Below are positions 1 through 8,965 of a stretch of DNA of 64,000 nt, piece by piece. How positions within the stretch are numbered: position 1 is the stretch's first letter; every line of letters begins with the position of its first letter. Made by a program: the position numbers and the translations under genes. The notes beneath the pieces were generated by a model that was given only the letters and a program-made list of their open reading frames with translations, did not search any database and was not told the DNA's origin. Origin of the DNA: an uncultured Pseudomonadota bacterium (GTDB lineage Bacteria; Pseudomonadota; Alphaproteobacteria; Rs-D84). The stretch lies in NCBI GenBank assembly GCA_949290785.1, contig CASETE010000013.1, positions 72,361-136,360 on the forward strand, read 5' to 3'.

Positions 1-25
1 AAGTAACAGAAAGGAAGGTTAAATA

Positions 26-535
26 ATGAAAAGTCTTTTAAAATTAGTAAGTTTTTCTTTTTTATTGACAGCTTTCATAGTGCCAGTTGCGTTTGCAGTG
101 TGCCCTGTGTGTACCGTTGCGGTTGGCGCTGGATTGGAAGGGGCGCGTTTATTAGGCGTTGATGACGTTATAACAGGAATTTGGGCTGGCGGTTTAACTT
201 TGTCTTTGTTCTTTTGGACGGCGGGTTGGTTAAAAAAGCGCGGCGTTAAAAGCGTTTGGTGGCAAATTATTGTACCGTTTGTAGTTTATTATGCGTTGTT
301 GGGGTTGGTTTATGCCCTGCCCGGCGTATATTTTGGTGCTAATACTCTTTGGGGAATTGATAAATTCTTGTTGGGGACAATTGTTGGCACTGTTGCTTTT
401 TACCTTGGAGCGCGTTGGTATATCAAAATCAAACGTGAAAACGGCGGACACGCAAAGTTTGCATTTCAAAAGGTCGTTGTCCCGTTATCTTTCTTGTTGG
501 TTGCAACGCTTATATTCTGGTTAATCACAATGTAA
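26..535 (+). CDS. polytopic membrane protein with N-terminal CPVC motif, function unknown
   Basis: 169-aa ORF with a purine-rich RBS (AAGGAAGG, 11-18) before ATG 26. About five hydrophobic spans. Its only two cysteines form C-P-V-C right after span 1 (AFAVCPVCTVAVG). No family recognised. Confidence 0.5.
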   Translation: MKSLLKLVSFSFLLTAFIVPVAFAVCPVCTVAVGAGLEGARLLGVDDVITGIWAGGLTLSLFFWTAGWLKKRGVKSVWWQIIVPFVVYYALLGLVYALPGVYFGANTLWGIDKFLLGTIVGTVAFYLGARWYIKIKRENGGHAKFAFQKVVVPLSFLLVATLIFWLITM

Positions 536-553
536 TATCAAAAGGAATACGAT

Positions 554-1165
554 ATGAAGACCGTAAAAAATAAAAAAATGACGATGGAAGAAATGATTGC
601 AAAGGTTGATGCTTCTAAGAAGGTAAATCCTTTGGATTTGTCTTCTGACCAAGATTTGTCCATCGCGTTAATGAACTTGATTTCTTTGGAAGAACATTTC
701 TTTTTCAGCGGTGCAAAAACGCAAAAAACCGGTTTTTATGATTTAATAAATACAGTACGTGATATGCGTAAAGATTTAATGGCGCGTATAGTCAAAAAAT
801 CTACGGCTGAAAACGGTGAAGTTTGGTGCATTTCTAAGCACTTGTTGGCAGCATCTATGCGTATAATGGAGGTTGGAACGAAAGCGCTTGGTGCCGGTAA
901 CAAAAAAGATGCTTATGAACTGTTTAATAAGTCTTATGAATTATATTCTTTGTTCTGGGGAATTAACATGGACTTGATTGATTTGACGGGCGTACAAAAA
1001 GTTGCTCCGGACGTTTATGAAAAAGCAATGATGTCGTGTGGCGTTGAGGCAAAAGGTAAAAAATCCGGAAAAAAACAGCAAACAGAAGATGTTGCAAAGT
1101 CTAAATCGGCGGTGCAACGGTTGGGGAATTGGGTTAAAAACGCTGTTAATTGTTGTATAGAATAA
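554..1165 (+). CDS. hypothetical soluble protein (no signal peptide)
   Basis: 203-aa ORF starting 18 nt after the previous gene, with AAAGGA RBS at 541-546. Lys-rich C-terminus ending NCCIE. No recognisable motif. Confidence 0.45.
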   Translation: MKTVKNKKMTMEEMIAKVDASKKVNPLDLSSDQDLSIALMNLISLEEHFFFSGAKTQKTGFYDLINTVRDMRKDLMARIVKKSTAENGEVWCISKHLLAASMRIMEVGTKALGAGNKKDAYELFNKSYELYSLFWGINMDLIDLTGVQKVAPDVYEKAMMSCGVEAKGKKSGKKQQTEDVAKSKSAVQRLGNWVKNAVNCCIE

Positions 1166-1182
1166 AAAGTGTAAAATCGCTG

Positions 1183-1212
1183 TTGATTCACATTGTGCAA
1201 ATGTGATAAAAT
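1183..1212 (+). promoter_or_regulatory. candidate sigma-70 promoter with operator-like palindrome
   Basis: TTGATT (1183-1188), 18 nt, TAAAAT (1207-1212). The spacer holds a perfect 7-bp inverted repeat, TCACATT (1188-1194) / AATGTGA (1200-1206). Confidence 0.3.
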
Positions 1213-1233
1213 GCAGAAAGAGAGAATAAATAT

Positions 1234-3717
1234 TTGAGACCGAATTTGTGCGATTTTTATAAGTATTCTGTATTTGGAATAGCAATTCTTTTTGCGTCTG
1301 CGTCGTTTGCTTCGCAGGCGCCTAATCCTCGTTCTGCAACGGATACGGTTTCTGTCCCTGATACTTCTGGATTGCGGGCTGCTGGGCGCAATGTGGTTCA
1401 GACCAGTAATCAAAGTGCCAATTCGTCTGCGCGCGTAACGGCGGACCGTTCTGCAAACACCGTTTCGCGCAGTGCAACCAACAGACCTGCTGCGACAGTT
1501 TCAAGGAACGCGGTTTCTACAACTGTAAAGAACGTTAATAGTGGACGAAGCGCTACTACACGTCAAAATGTGGTGAATGTCGGCGCCAACAGTGCTAGAA
1601 CAGCTGCTGTTCCTTCGGCGCGTAGCGCTACGTCAAGCGTGGTGCGTAGTGGTGCGGTCCCGATGACATCAAGTGTTGCAAGGGCCGGAAAGACAAATAA
1701 TGTGGTTAATTCGTCTCGTTCTTCTGTTGCGCGCGCTACGGCGGTCTTTGACGACGTTTCAAAGATTGGTGGTGGATATGCTGCCTGTCGCGAGGCGTAT
1801 GCAACATGTATGGATCAATTCTGCGCAAAGGCAAACGAGACATATCGTCGTTGTTTCTGTAGTTCTAAGTATGCCGAGTTTCGCGATACAGAGGCTGCGC
1901 TAGACGAAGCAATCAATTTGCTGGCGCAGTTTGAGAGTAATAATTTGGAAGCGGTGGAATTATCGGCCGAAGAAGTTGCGGCTATGTACAGCGCAACCGA
2001 AGGTGAAAACGCAATTAAAAATGATACCAGTGCAGCGGCGTCTATGTTGTCAGAAATTTCAGATTTATTATCAGGCAATAAAAAGGCAACTACAAATACT
2101 AATACAGGGACTTCGCTGGGCATATTAGATATAGATTTTTCAACGGATTTAGGCGATATATGGGGAAATTCTGGTACTGGTTCTATATTTGACACCTCTA
2201 CTGGTGTAGATTTGTCCACGTTAGAGGGAGAAAGTTTATATAACGCCGCGCATAAACAATGTCTGGAGGTAATTTCAGATTCTTGCGAGAATACTGCGGT
2301 TTTACAAATGGCGCAAAGTGCATATGGAATATTGGTTACCCAGGATTGTAATACGTACGAGACTAAGATAGATAGTCAAAAAGAAAAAGTGCAACAGACT
2401 GTAAGAACGGCTGAAAAATATCTGCGCGAGGCAAGATTGGCCGAATATCGTTCTCACAATTCTGCCGACGTTAATGAATGCATCGGTAAAGTACAAAGTG
2501 CAATGACGACAGACGCTGCGTGTGGTGCTAATTATAAGAAGTGTTTAGATTATACCGGCGCGTATGTAAATCAAACCACGGGCGAGCCTATTTATTCACC
2601 CCGCCTGTTCCAATTGCAAGACTTAATTTCATTGGATGGCGTCAGCGACAACATATTGGGGCAGAATCCACAATTTAATTCTTTCTTGGATTCTAAACGT
2701 ATGTTTGCAGAATCTGCATTGGATACTTGTCGTGATATATCTGATATCGTATGGGAAGAATTTAAGCGCCAAGCCTTAATAGAAATTGCCCAGGCCCAAG
2801 ACGAAAAGATAGAAGAAGTAAAAATGTCTTGCGTCAGCACGATGGCAGATTGCTATGACACGCAAACAAGCGCGTTGAAAAATTTTGATGACACAACTGC
2901 GCAGTATGCTGGTGCAATCAGTGCTTATGCGGCAAAAGAAATGTGTCAAGATCAGGTTATTGCCTGTGCTTCGTTATACGGTGATGTAGAGGGGTGTAAG
3001 TTTGACGGTAATGGAAAACTTACCACTGGAAACAATGTATCTGGTGCAAATGCCAATCAGATGTGCGGTTTAACGTCTTTGTTGGCGTTTGTTGATACTG
3101 TTGATAACGTTCGTATATCAGAGGGTTGTACAGCAGCCATAGACAGTTATTTGAAAGAATTATGTACGCCGACTTCTGGTGACAAGGGTTATCCTTGGAA
3201 TTGCAGATTGAAAGAATTGGGTGACTTTAATACGGATAAACCAGACAGCAGTATTAATGCAACGTTGGCATCAAATATAAAACAATTTGCAATTACTAAC
3301 TGTACTGTTGGTGGAACCAGTTGGGACGATGTACCCGCACAATCCAGACAAGATGTACAGCAAACTGTGAACGGCTTGGCAGAAAGTACAGAGGCTGTAT
3401 TGAAAGATTCTTGCGAAGAATTAGGTGGTGTTTGGGTTAATAATGATACTTTCTCTGTAAACAATAATACATTGTTAAGTGCGTTTTATTCGCAGGTATA
3501 TGGCGGTGATACGTCGGCAACCAGTTGGGGAAAATGCGCGGAAAACACAACAATGATTCAATGCTTGAATTATAATTCTAGTGGTGCTGAACCTGTTGCA
3601 ACTTATGATTCAGCAAGTGATGAATGTGTGTTTACAGACGCTTGGTACGAAGAAAGATGTAGTATGTTGGGTGGTTATTATCAGGGTAGTACTTGTTATG
3701 TAAATAGTGATAAATAG
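1234..3717 (+). CDS. secreted cysteine-rich protein with Ser/Arg/Ala/Thr-rich N-terminal low-complexity region
   Basis: 827-aa ORF with a TTG start per the track. Signal-like VFGIAILFASASFA/SQA. Repeated (S/G/A)RSAT and VSR(S/N)A motifs at about nt 1330-1750. Then a Cys framework beginning ACREAYATCMDQFC (1782-1823). Confidence 0.7.
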   Translation: MRPNLCDFYKYSVFGIAILFASASFASQAPNPRSATDTVSVPDTSGLRAAGRNVVQTSNQSANSSARVTADRSANTVSRSATNRPAATVSRNAVSTTVKNVNSGRSATTRQNVVNVGANSARTAAVPSARSATSSVVRSGAVPMTSSVARAGKTNNVVNSSRSSVARATAVFDDVSKIGGGYAACREAYATCMDQFCAKANETYRRCFCSSKYAEFRDTEAALDEAINLLAQFESNNLEAVELSAEEVAAMYSATEGENAIKNDTSAAASMLSEISDLLSGNKKATTNTNTGTSLGILDIDFSTDLGDIWGNSGTGSIFDTSTGVDLSTLEGESLYNAAHKQCLEVISDSCENTAVLQMAQSAYGILVTQDCNTYETKIDSQKEKVQQTVRTAEKYLREARLAEYRSHNSADVNECIGKVQSAMTTDAACGANYKKCLDYTGAYVNQTTGEPIYSPRLFQLQDLISLDGVSDNILGQNPQFNSFLDSKRMFAESALDTCRDISDIVWEEFKRQALIEIAQAQDEKIEEVKMSCVSTMADCYDTQTSALKNFDDTTAQYAGAISAYAAKEMCQDQVIACASLYGDVEGCKFDGNGKLTTGNNVSGANANQMCGLTSLLAFVDTVDNVRISEGCTAAIDSYLKELCTPTSGDKGYPWNCRLKELGDFNTDKPDSSINATLASNIKQFAITNCTVGGTSWDDVPAQSRQDVQQTVNGLAESTEAVLKDSCEELGGVWVNNDTFSVNNNTLLSAFYSQVYGGDTSATSWGKCAENTTMIQCLNYNSSGAEPVATYDSASDECVFTDAWYEERCSMLGGYYQGSTCYVNSDK

Positions 3718-3728
3718 GATATTTGTAT

Positions 3729-5015
3729 ATGATGAAAAAAATAGTACCTTTTTTATTAGTTACATTATGTATGCCAAGTACATCTCGTGCAGAAAATTGG
3801 GGATGGACTGATAGCACAATCGGATTTCAAAAATGTAATTCACATACTCTTACAGGGACAGAGGCTTGCATAGGTGTAAGTGCCAATCTTAATTGTGCAC
3901 CAAATAAGGCGTATGGGCGTTACGGTTTTGCCAATGGTGATGAGTATATGATACAAATGCTTGTCGCAAGAAAGTATACAGATGGTGGAATATATGTTTG
4001 TCCTACGCAAATAGAAGCAAGAAATTCTGATAACGACGATAAGGCATGGGTTGCATATGCCGACTTGTCTGCTGGCGACGCTTCGCGTTGCACTTGGTTG
4101 TGTAAAGAAGGCTATTCAGGTGAAAATTGTTTAAAACAAGAATCAGAAATTGATAGCTGTGATATCACATTGTTAAAACGAGAAAATTATTCTTCAATAA
4201 AACAGTTAAGAAGTGGTGCAGATATTACTTTCCCTGAATTTAGTTCTGAAAATGTTAAAAACGATTCTTGTTCTAAAAATAACGAACAAGAACACGTACG
4301 TTTGGTTATGATTACCAATTGGACAGCAAGTGGACATGGCGCGTTTGCCAGGGTTATGATAATCAGGGCAGAAACACAAACCGCAAATAAAAAAATTACA
4401 TCTTTTCCATGGATTTATCCTGCCAGCGGCAGTACAGAAAAACTGTTATGTAAAAATGGTTATAAACCAAATGCTACAAAAACGGATTGTGTCGCGATAG
4501 ATTCTAATATATGTAACGCGCAACAATTGTGTGACGGTTGGGACGGTTTTGATGAAAATATACATGTTTTTTATAAGCCAGCTACCCAAAAAACTTTGTG
4601 TTATCAATATAGATGTTTAGAGGCCGGAACAGCGTTCGTTTCGTCTTCTAATAGAAGTTGTGCACCGTGCATAAATGATGCTAGGGATGGCGTTTCTCCT
4701 GCTGATGGCACGTGTATAAAATGTGGTCTGGGTCAGATATTTGATGAAACCGCCCTGTCTTCTGGATACTGCGCACCCGCTGATGCCTATTCCAAGACAG
4801 ATATGATGTACGGCAAGGGTAAAACAAAATCCAGTGTGCCAAATATTAAAAATCAATGTTGGACTATGAATAGTCCGCAGGAATATTTAAATTGCGTAAA
4901 GGGCATTTTGACTGGTGGCAATATATTGCAAGTTGATTCACAAAGACGCACCACAACCGCCAGTCAAGAATTATTAAATAACCTGTCAAATATAAATCTG
5001 TTTAATAAACAATAA
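3729..5015 (+). CDS. secreted cysteine-rich protein
   Basis: ATG 3729 lies 8 nt after AGGAT, and the track start at 3723 is TTG. Signal peptide MMKKIVPFLLVTLCMPSTSRA/EN. Many Cys, including the EGF-like CTWLCKEGYSGENC and CKNGYKPNATKTDC. Confidence 0.7.
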   Translation: MMKKIVPFLLVTLCMPSTSRAENWGWTDSTIGFQKCNSHTLTGTEACIGVSANLNCAPNKAYGRYGFANGDEYMIQMLVARKYTDGGIYVCPTQIEARNSDNDDKAWVAYADLSAGDASRCTWLCKEGYSGENCLKQESEIDSCDITLLKRENYSSIKQLRSGADITFPEFSSENVKNDSCSKNNEQEHVRLVMITNWTASGHGAFARVMIIRAETQTANKKITSFPWIYPASGSTEKLLCKNGYKPNATKTDCVAIDSNICNAQQLCDGWDGFDENIHVFYKPATQKTLCYQYRCLEAGTAFVSSSNRSCAPCINDARDGVSPADGTCIKCGLGQIFDETALSSGYCAPADAYSKTDMMYGKGKTKSSVPNIKNQCWTMNSPQEYLNCVKGILTGGNILQVDSQRRTTTASQELLNNLSNINLFNKQ

Positions 5016-5016
5016 A

Positions 5017-5043
5017 AAAAAACCGTTTAAAAACGGTTTTTTT
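5017..5043. terminator. bidirectional intrinsic terminator
   Basis: A-run, CCGTTT...AAACGG hairpin, then T-run, sitting between convergent genes. Confidence 0.6.
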
Positions 5044-5452
5044 ATAATCCGTTTAAACTTTTTAGCATTTTCATAACCATTTTTCTTTGGTCATCATGCG
5101 GAAGTTTCCAATATAAGTTGATTAATTGCAAAGACTCGTTCTTTGATAGCGGGTCGTTTGAATTTTGTTCTGATACACGTGATACTTTCCCGTTCCTTGG
5201 CTGTTCTGGCATATTGCCCGGCAACCCCAAAAAGAAAAACGATACGGGGGTTTCAAGTGCAGTGCTTAATTCAAATAGACGCGAAGCGGATATACGATTG
5301 CCCGCGCTTTCGTATTTTTGAATTTGTTGGAATGTAACACCACAAATTTTTGCCAAATCTTTTTGTGACATTCCCATCATTATTCTGCGCAATTGAACAC
5401 GTTGCCCAATATGCTCGTCTACGGCTGTCGGAGTAAATGTTTTACTGCTCAT
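5042..5452 (-). CDS. XRE-family helix-turn-helix transcriptional regulator
   Basis: HTH_3 core GQRVQLRRIMMGMSQKDLAKICGVTFQQIQKYESAGNRISASRLFELSTALETPVSFFF. Confidence 0.85.
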   Translation of the reverse strand: MSSKTFTPTAVDEHIGQRVQLRRIMMGMSQKDLAKICGVTFQQIQKYESAGNRISASRLFELSTALETPVSFFFLGLPGNMPEQPRNGKVSRVSEQNSNDPLSKNESLQLINLYWKLPHDDQRKMVMKMLKSLNGL

Positions 5453-5585
5453 AGTGTTCCCGTCTTGTTTTGCGTTATGAAATACTTCCTATATACATAA
5501 TTATTTATACAATTTTTCTTTTTGTTTTGCAATCAAAAAAGCCTTATGTTATTCTTTCTTAGTTATAAAACATTATGGGGGAAAT

Positions 5586-7058
5586 ATGAATAAACCTTTA
5601 GTCCTATGTATCATGGATGGCGTCGGAATCAATGATAATATACAGCATAACGCAGTTGAAATGGCAAATATGCCCTTTTTCAAGTCTTTATTAGAAAAAT
5701 ACCCACATTCTATTTTGAATGCCAGTGGCGTCGCGGTTGGCTTGCCCGATGGTATAATGGGTAATTCAGAGGTTGGACATATAACAATCGGGTCTGGACG
5801 CGTGGTTAATCAATTTTTGCGCAGATTTCAAATTGAAAATTGGAATACAAATAAACCACTGCATAAGTTCATAGATGAAGTCAAGAATGACGGTGGGGTT
5901 GTTCATATGGCGGGCTTGATGTCGGACGGCAGGGTTCATTCAGATGTAAATGATATGATGTTAATTGCAAAGTTTGTCTTAAATGCAGGGTTGCGGTTAT
6001 ATATTCATTTTATTGCCGACGGACGTGACACACCGCCACAGTCTGCAGAAATTTATATAAAAACAATACAAAAAGAATTGAATCCGTTTTTACGTTCCGG
6101 TCAGGCGGTTTTTGCAACTTTGTCTGGGCGGTATTATGCAATGGATAGAAATAAAAACATGGATAGAACAGAGTTGGCATTTGATGCCATTGCAAATGCA
6201 AACGCAGAATACAAAGCGGACTCTATAGAAAGTGCGCTACAAAACGCGTATGCTCGTGGTGAAACGGATGAGTTCATTAAACCAACGGTTATAAACAGTA
6301 GCAAACCGATAACGGATAAAGATGGTTTCATTTTTGGAAATTATCGCAGTGATCGGGCGCGACAAATTGTAAGGGCCGTATTAAATACCAGAGCTCATAT
6401 GTTATGTTTTTCACAATATGGCGAAGGATTGGATGATACTTGCCCTGCTCTGTTACCAGATGTAGAAATAAAAAATACTTTGGGCGACGTGTTGGCTGCG
6501 AACGGAAAAACGCAATTGCGTATTGCCGAGACGGAAAAATATAATCATGTTACGTATTTTTTTGACGCGGAAAGAAATATAGACTTGCCCGGTGAAAAAA
6601 AATTTTTAATAGATTCACCAGACGTCGCAACGTTTGATTTAAAACCAGAAATGTCTGCCGGTGAAATAACAGATGCCTTGTTGCCGGAATTATCAAAGTT
6701 TGATGTCGTTATTTTGAATTATGCAAATGGCGATATGGTCGGACATACAGGAAATGAGATTGCCGCAGTTAGAGCAATGGAGTTCTTGGATTTACAGTTG
6801 TCAAGATTGGTGCCGGCTGTATTAGATATGGGCGGATGCGTGTTGATTACAGCAGATCATGGTAACGCAGAAAAAATGTGGGACGACAAAAACAATTCTC
6901 CTTGGACTGCGCATACCACAAATCCAGTCAACTTTATCGTTGTATCAAACGAAGATGTTGCTGTCGCAAACGGTGGGTTGGCAGACATAGCGCCGACAAT
7001 ACTTAAACTGTTGAATTTGCAAAAGCCCGATGATATGACCGGCAAAAGTTTGATATAG
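5586..7058 (+). CDS. gpmI: 2,3-bisphosphoglycerate-independent phosphoglycerate mutase
   Basis: 490 aa. N-terminal LCIMDGVGI, SEVGHITIGSGR, and C-terminal ADHGNAE metal-site motifs. Confidence 0.95.
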   Translation: MNKPLVLCIMDGVGINDNIQHNAVEMANMPFFKSLLEKYPHSILNASGVAVGLPDGIMGNSEVGHITIGSGRVVNQFLRRFQIENWNTNKPLHKFIDEVKNDGGVVHMAGLMSDGRVHSDVNDMMLIAKFVLNAGLRLYIHFIADGRDTPPQSAEIYIKTIQKELNPFLRSGQAVFATLSGRYYAMDRNKNMDRTELAFDAIANANAEYKADSIESALQNAYARGETDEFIKPTVINSSKPITDKDGFIFGNYRSDRARQIVRAVLNTRAHMLCFSQYGEGLDDTCPALLPDVEIKNTLGDVLAANGKTQLRIAETEKYNHVTYFFDAERNIDLPGEKKFLIDSPDVATFDLKPEMSAGEITDALLPELSKFDVVILNYANGDMVGHTGNEIAAVRAMEFLDLQLSRLVPAVLDMGGCVLITADHGNAEKMWDDKNNSPWTAHTTNPVNFIVVSNEDVAVANGGLADIAPTILKLLNLQKPDDMTGKSLI

Positions 7059-7075
7059 GTAATGAAAGGCGAATG

Positions 7076-7546
7076 TTATTTATTCGCCTTTTTTATTTTT
7101 CTACACTGTTTGAAGAAACTTCTTAATAATTTTGCAGATTCGTCTGCGTATTCCGTTTGTTGATGTATTTCTGGTTTCCATAAATGTCTGTCTGTATCGT
7201 ATATCCTTGCGTTGTTTAAGAGCCCCCCGCCCTTTTCGTCTTTGGCTGCGAAATAAATTGCCCGAATTCGTGCAAAAGAAATCGCCGTCGCACACATAGC
7301 GCAGGGCTCTAGGCTGATATATATGTCACAACCATCCAAAAATTTTACACCAAGTTTTTTGCAAGCCTTGTTTATCGCAACTATTTCTGCATGTAGGGTT
7401 GGATTTTTGTGTAATTGGACTTGGTTCTCGCCCCGGGCAATTATCTTTCCGTCTTTTACAATGATGGCGCCAATAGGCACATCGTTATGCGATTGCGCAC
7501 GGATTGCTAAATTTAATGCTTGCTTCATAAATGACATGATATACAC
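7076..7546 (-). CDS. tadA: tRNA-specific adenosine deaminase
   Basis: CDA zinc motifs HAE (LHAEIVAI) and PCAMCATAI. About 150 aa. Confidence 0.9.
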   Translation of the reverse strand: MYIMSFMKQALNLAIRAQSHNDVPIGAIIVKDGKIIARGENQVQLHKNPTLHAEIVAINKACKKLGVKFLDGCDIYISLEPCAMCATAISFARIRAIYFAAKDEKGGGLLNNARIYDTDRHLWKPEIHQQTEYADESAKLLRSFFKQCRKIKKANK

Positions 7547-7554
7547 TTTATAAT

Positions 7555-8118
7555 ATGAATTCTAAATTGCAAATAATTTCAGGCAGGTTTCATGGACGGA
7601 AACTATACTTGTCCGATGATGCCAGACCTACGCAAAATCGCGCGCGGGCGGCGCTGTTTAACGTTCTGACGTCAGGAATACTGGAAGCTGACGGTTGTTA
7701 TAAAGTGTGGGATGTGTTTGCAGGCAGCGGAGCGTTGGGAATAGAGTTTTTATCGCGGTATCCAAATTCTAGGGTTTTATTTACGGATTTATCCGATAAA
7801 TCAGTAAACGCAATTCGTAAGAATTTGTCGTTATTAAAACTTGGTAACGAAGCGCGCGTTATACAGGCAGACGCGTTGAATCTTGTAAATAAATATGCGC
7901 CAGAAATAGACGTGGCTTTTGTAGATGCGCCCTATGCGGATTCAGATGTCGGGGTAAGGTTTATAGAAAGTTTTGCAAATGTGGCAAAAAAAGGCTCGGT
8001 CGTTGTGTGGGAACAAGAAAGTACGCGCTTTGTTAATCCCACAGATAATTGGGCTGTTTTGCGTGATAAAACATATGGGCGGGCCCGTTTTTTGGTTTTG
8101 CTGTTGATAAACAAATAA
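7555..8118 (+). CDS. rsmD: 16S rRNA (guanine966-N2)-methyltransferase
   Basis: SAM motif DVFAGSGALGIEFLSR and DAPY catalytic motif. RPTQNRAR near the N-terminus. Confidence 0.85.
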   Translation: MNSKLQIISGRFHGRKLYLSDDARPTQNRARAALFNVLTSGILEADGCYKVWDVFAGSGALGIEFLSRYPNSRVLFTDLSDKSVNAIRKNLSLLKLGNEARVIQADALNLVNKYAPEIDVAFVDAPYADSDVGVRFIESFANVAKKGSVVVWEQESTRFVNPTDNWAVLRDKTYGRARFLVLLLINK

Positions 8119-8213
8119 AAACCTTGATTTTTCAATATTTTTAGTAAATAATATGCCCCGCACGGCACCCTTGGAGGTCGTGTAAATAAAAAATCTTAAA
8201 AAGAGGATAAAAA

Positions 8214-8834
8214 ATGGCTATCAATTTAAAAGCAGAAATTCGCAATGTTGCCGGCAAGGGGGCCGCACGTAGCATTCGTAACAATAAAAATATTCCAGCC
8301 GTTATATACGGTGAAAAAAAATCGCCTGTTGCAATTGAATTAAGCGGGCGTGATTTTGAAATGTTATTAAAAACACCAAGTTTGCGTACTAAATTGTTCC
8401 AAATTGAAACGCCAAACGGTAAAGAAGATGCGATGTTAATGGATATTCAATATCATCCTGTGTCTGACGCTGTAATTCATGTGGACTTTAAACGCATAGA
8501 CGTTAAAAAGCCTGTAAACGTAAGCGTTCCAGTAGAAGTTGTTAATATGGAAACTTCCAGAGGCTTGAAACTGGGTGGCGTATTGAACTTTGCCGTTCGT
8601 AAGGTTGCTTTGCGCGGTTTGGTTAATGATATTCCAGAAAAAATTACAATTGATTTGGCAAATCTAAATATCGGTGAATCCGTTCACGGAACTGATTTGG
8701 TATTGCCAAAAGGCGTTGAATTAGGCTTGCATCAAGCAGAATTGGCGTTCGCAACAATCGGCGGTAAAATGCCAGAAGAAGCAGACGCTAAAAAAGCAGC
8801 AGCATCAGCAGCAACTGACGCGGCAAAAAAATAA
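8214..8834 (+). CDS. rplY: 50S ribosomal protein L25 / Ctc
   Basis: N-terminus LKAEIRNVAGKGAARSIRNNKNIPAVIYG. Long Ctc-type form with an Ala/Lys-rich tail. Confidence 0.9.
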   Translation: MAINLKAEIRNVAGKGAARSIRNNKNIPAVIYGEKKSPVAIELSGRDFEMLLKTPSLRTKLFQIETPNGKEDAMLMDIQYHPVSDAVIHVDFKRIDVKKPVNVSVPVEVVNMETSRGLKLGGVLNFAVRKVALRGLVNDIPEKITIDLANLNIGESVHGTDLVLPKGVELGLHQAELAFATIGGKMPEEADAKKAAASAATDAAKK

Positions 8835-8855
8835 AAAATTTCGTTTTATAAATTT

Positions 8856-8882
8856 AACCACCCTGGTTTGGGTGGTTTTTTG
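8856..8882 (+). terminator. intrinsic terminator after rplY
   Basis: AACCACCC (8856-8863) / GGGTGGTT (8870-8877) hairpin followed by a T-run. Confidence 0.7.
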
Positions 8883-8900
8883 TTATTTTTTTCCTGTGGT

Positions 8901-8929
8901 CTTGAAATTGTTTTTGGTATTAACTATAT
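8901..8929 (+). promoter_or_regulatory. candidate sigma-32 (RpoH) heat-shock promoter of dnaK
   Basis: CTTGAAA (8901-8907), 14-nt spacer, AACTATAT (8922-8929). The E. coli RpoH consensus is CTTGAAA-N13-15-CCCCATNT. Lies about 35 nt upstream of the dnaK ATG. Confidence 0.45.
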
Positions 8930-8965
8930 GGTATCTTAGTAAAAGAGTTTGAAGGAGTGAAACAA

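Noticed and set aside
1150-1165. C-terminal CCIE of ORF 554-1165 as a eukaryotic CaaX prenylation box preceded by a Lys-rich stretch (effector-like)
   Set aside because: It fits the C-a-a-X shape only loosely. Glu at the X position is not a usual farnesyl- or geranylgeranyl-transferase determinant. There is no other evidence that the protein is secreted.
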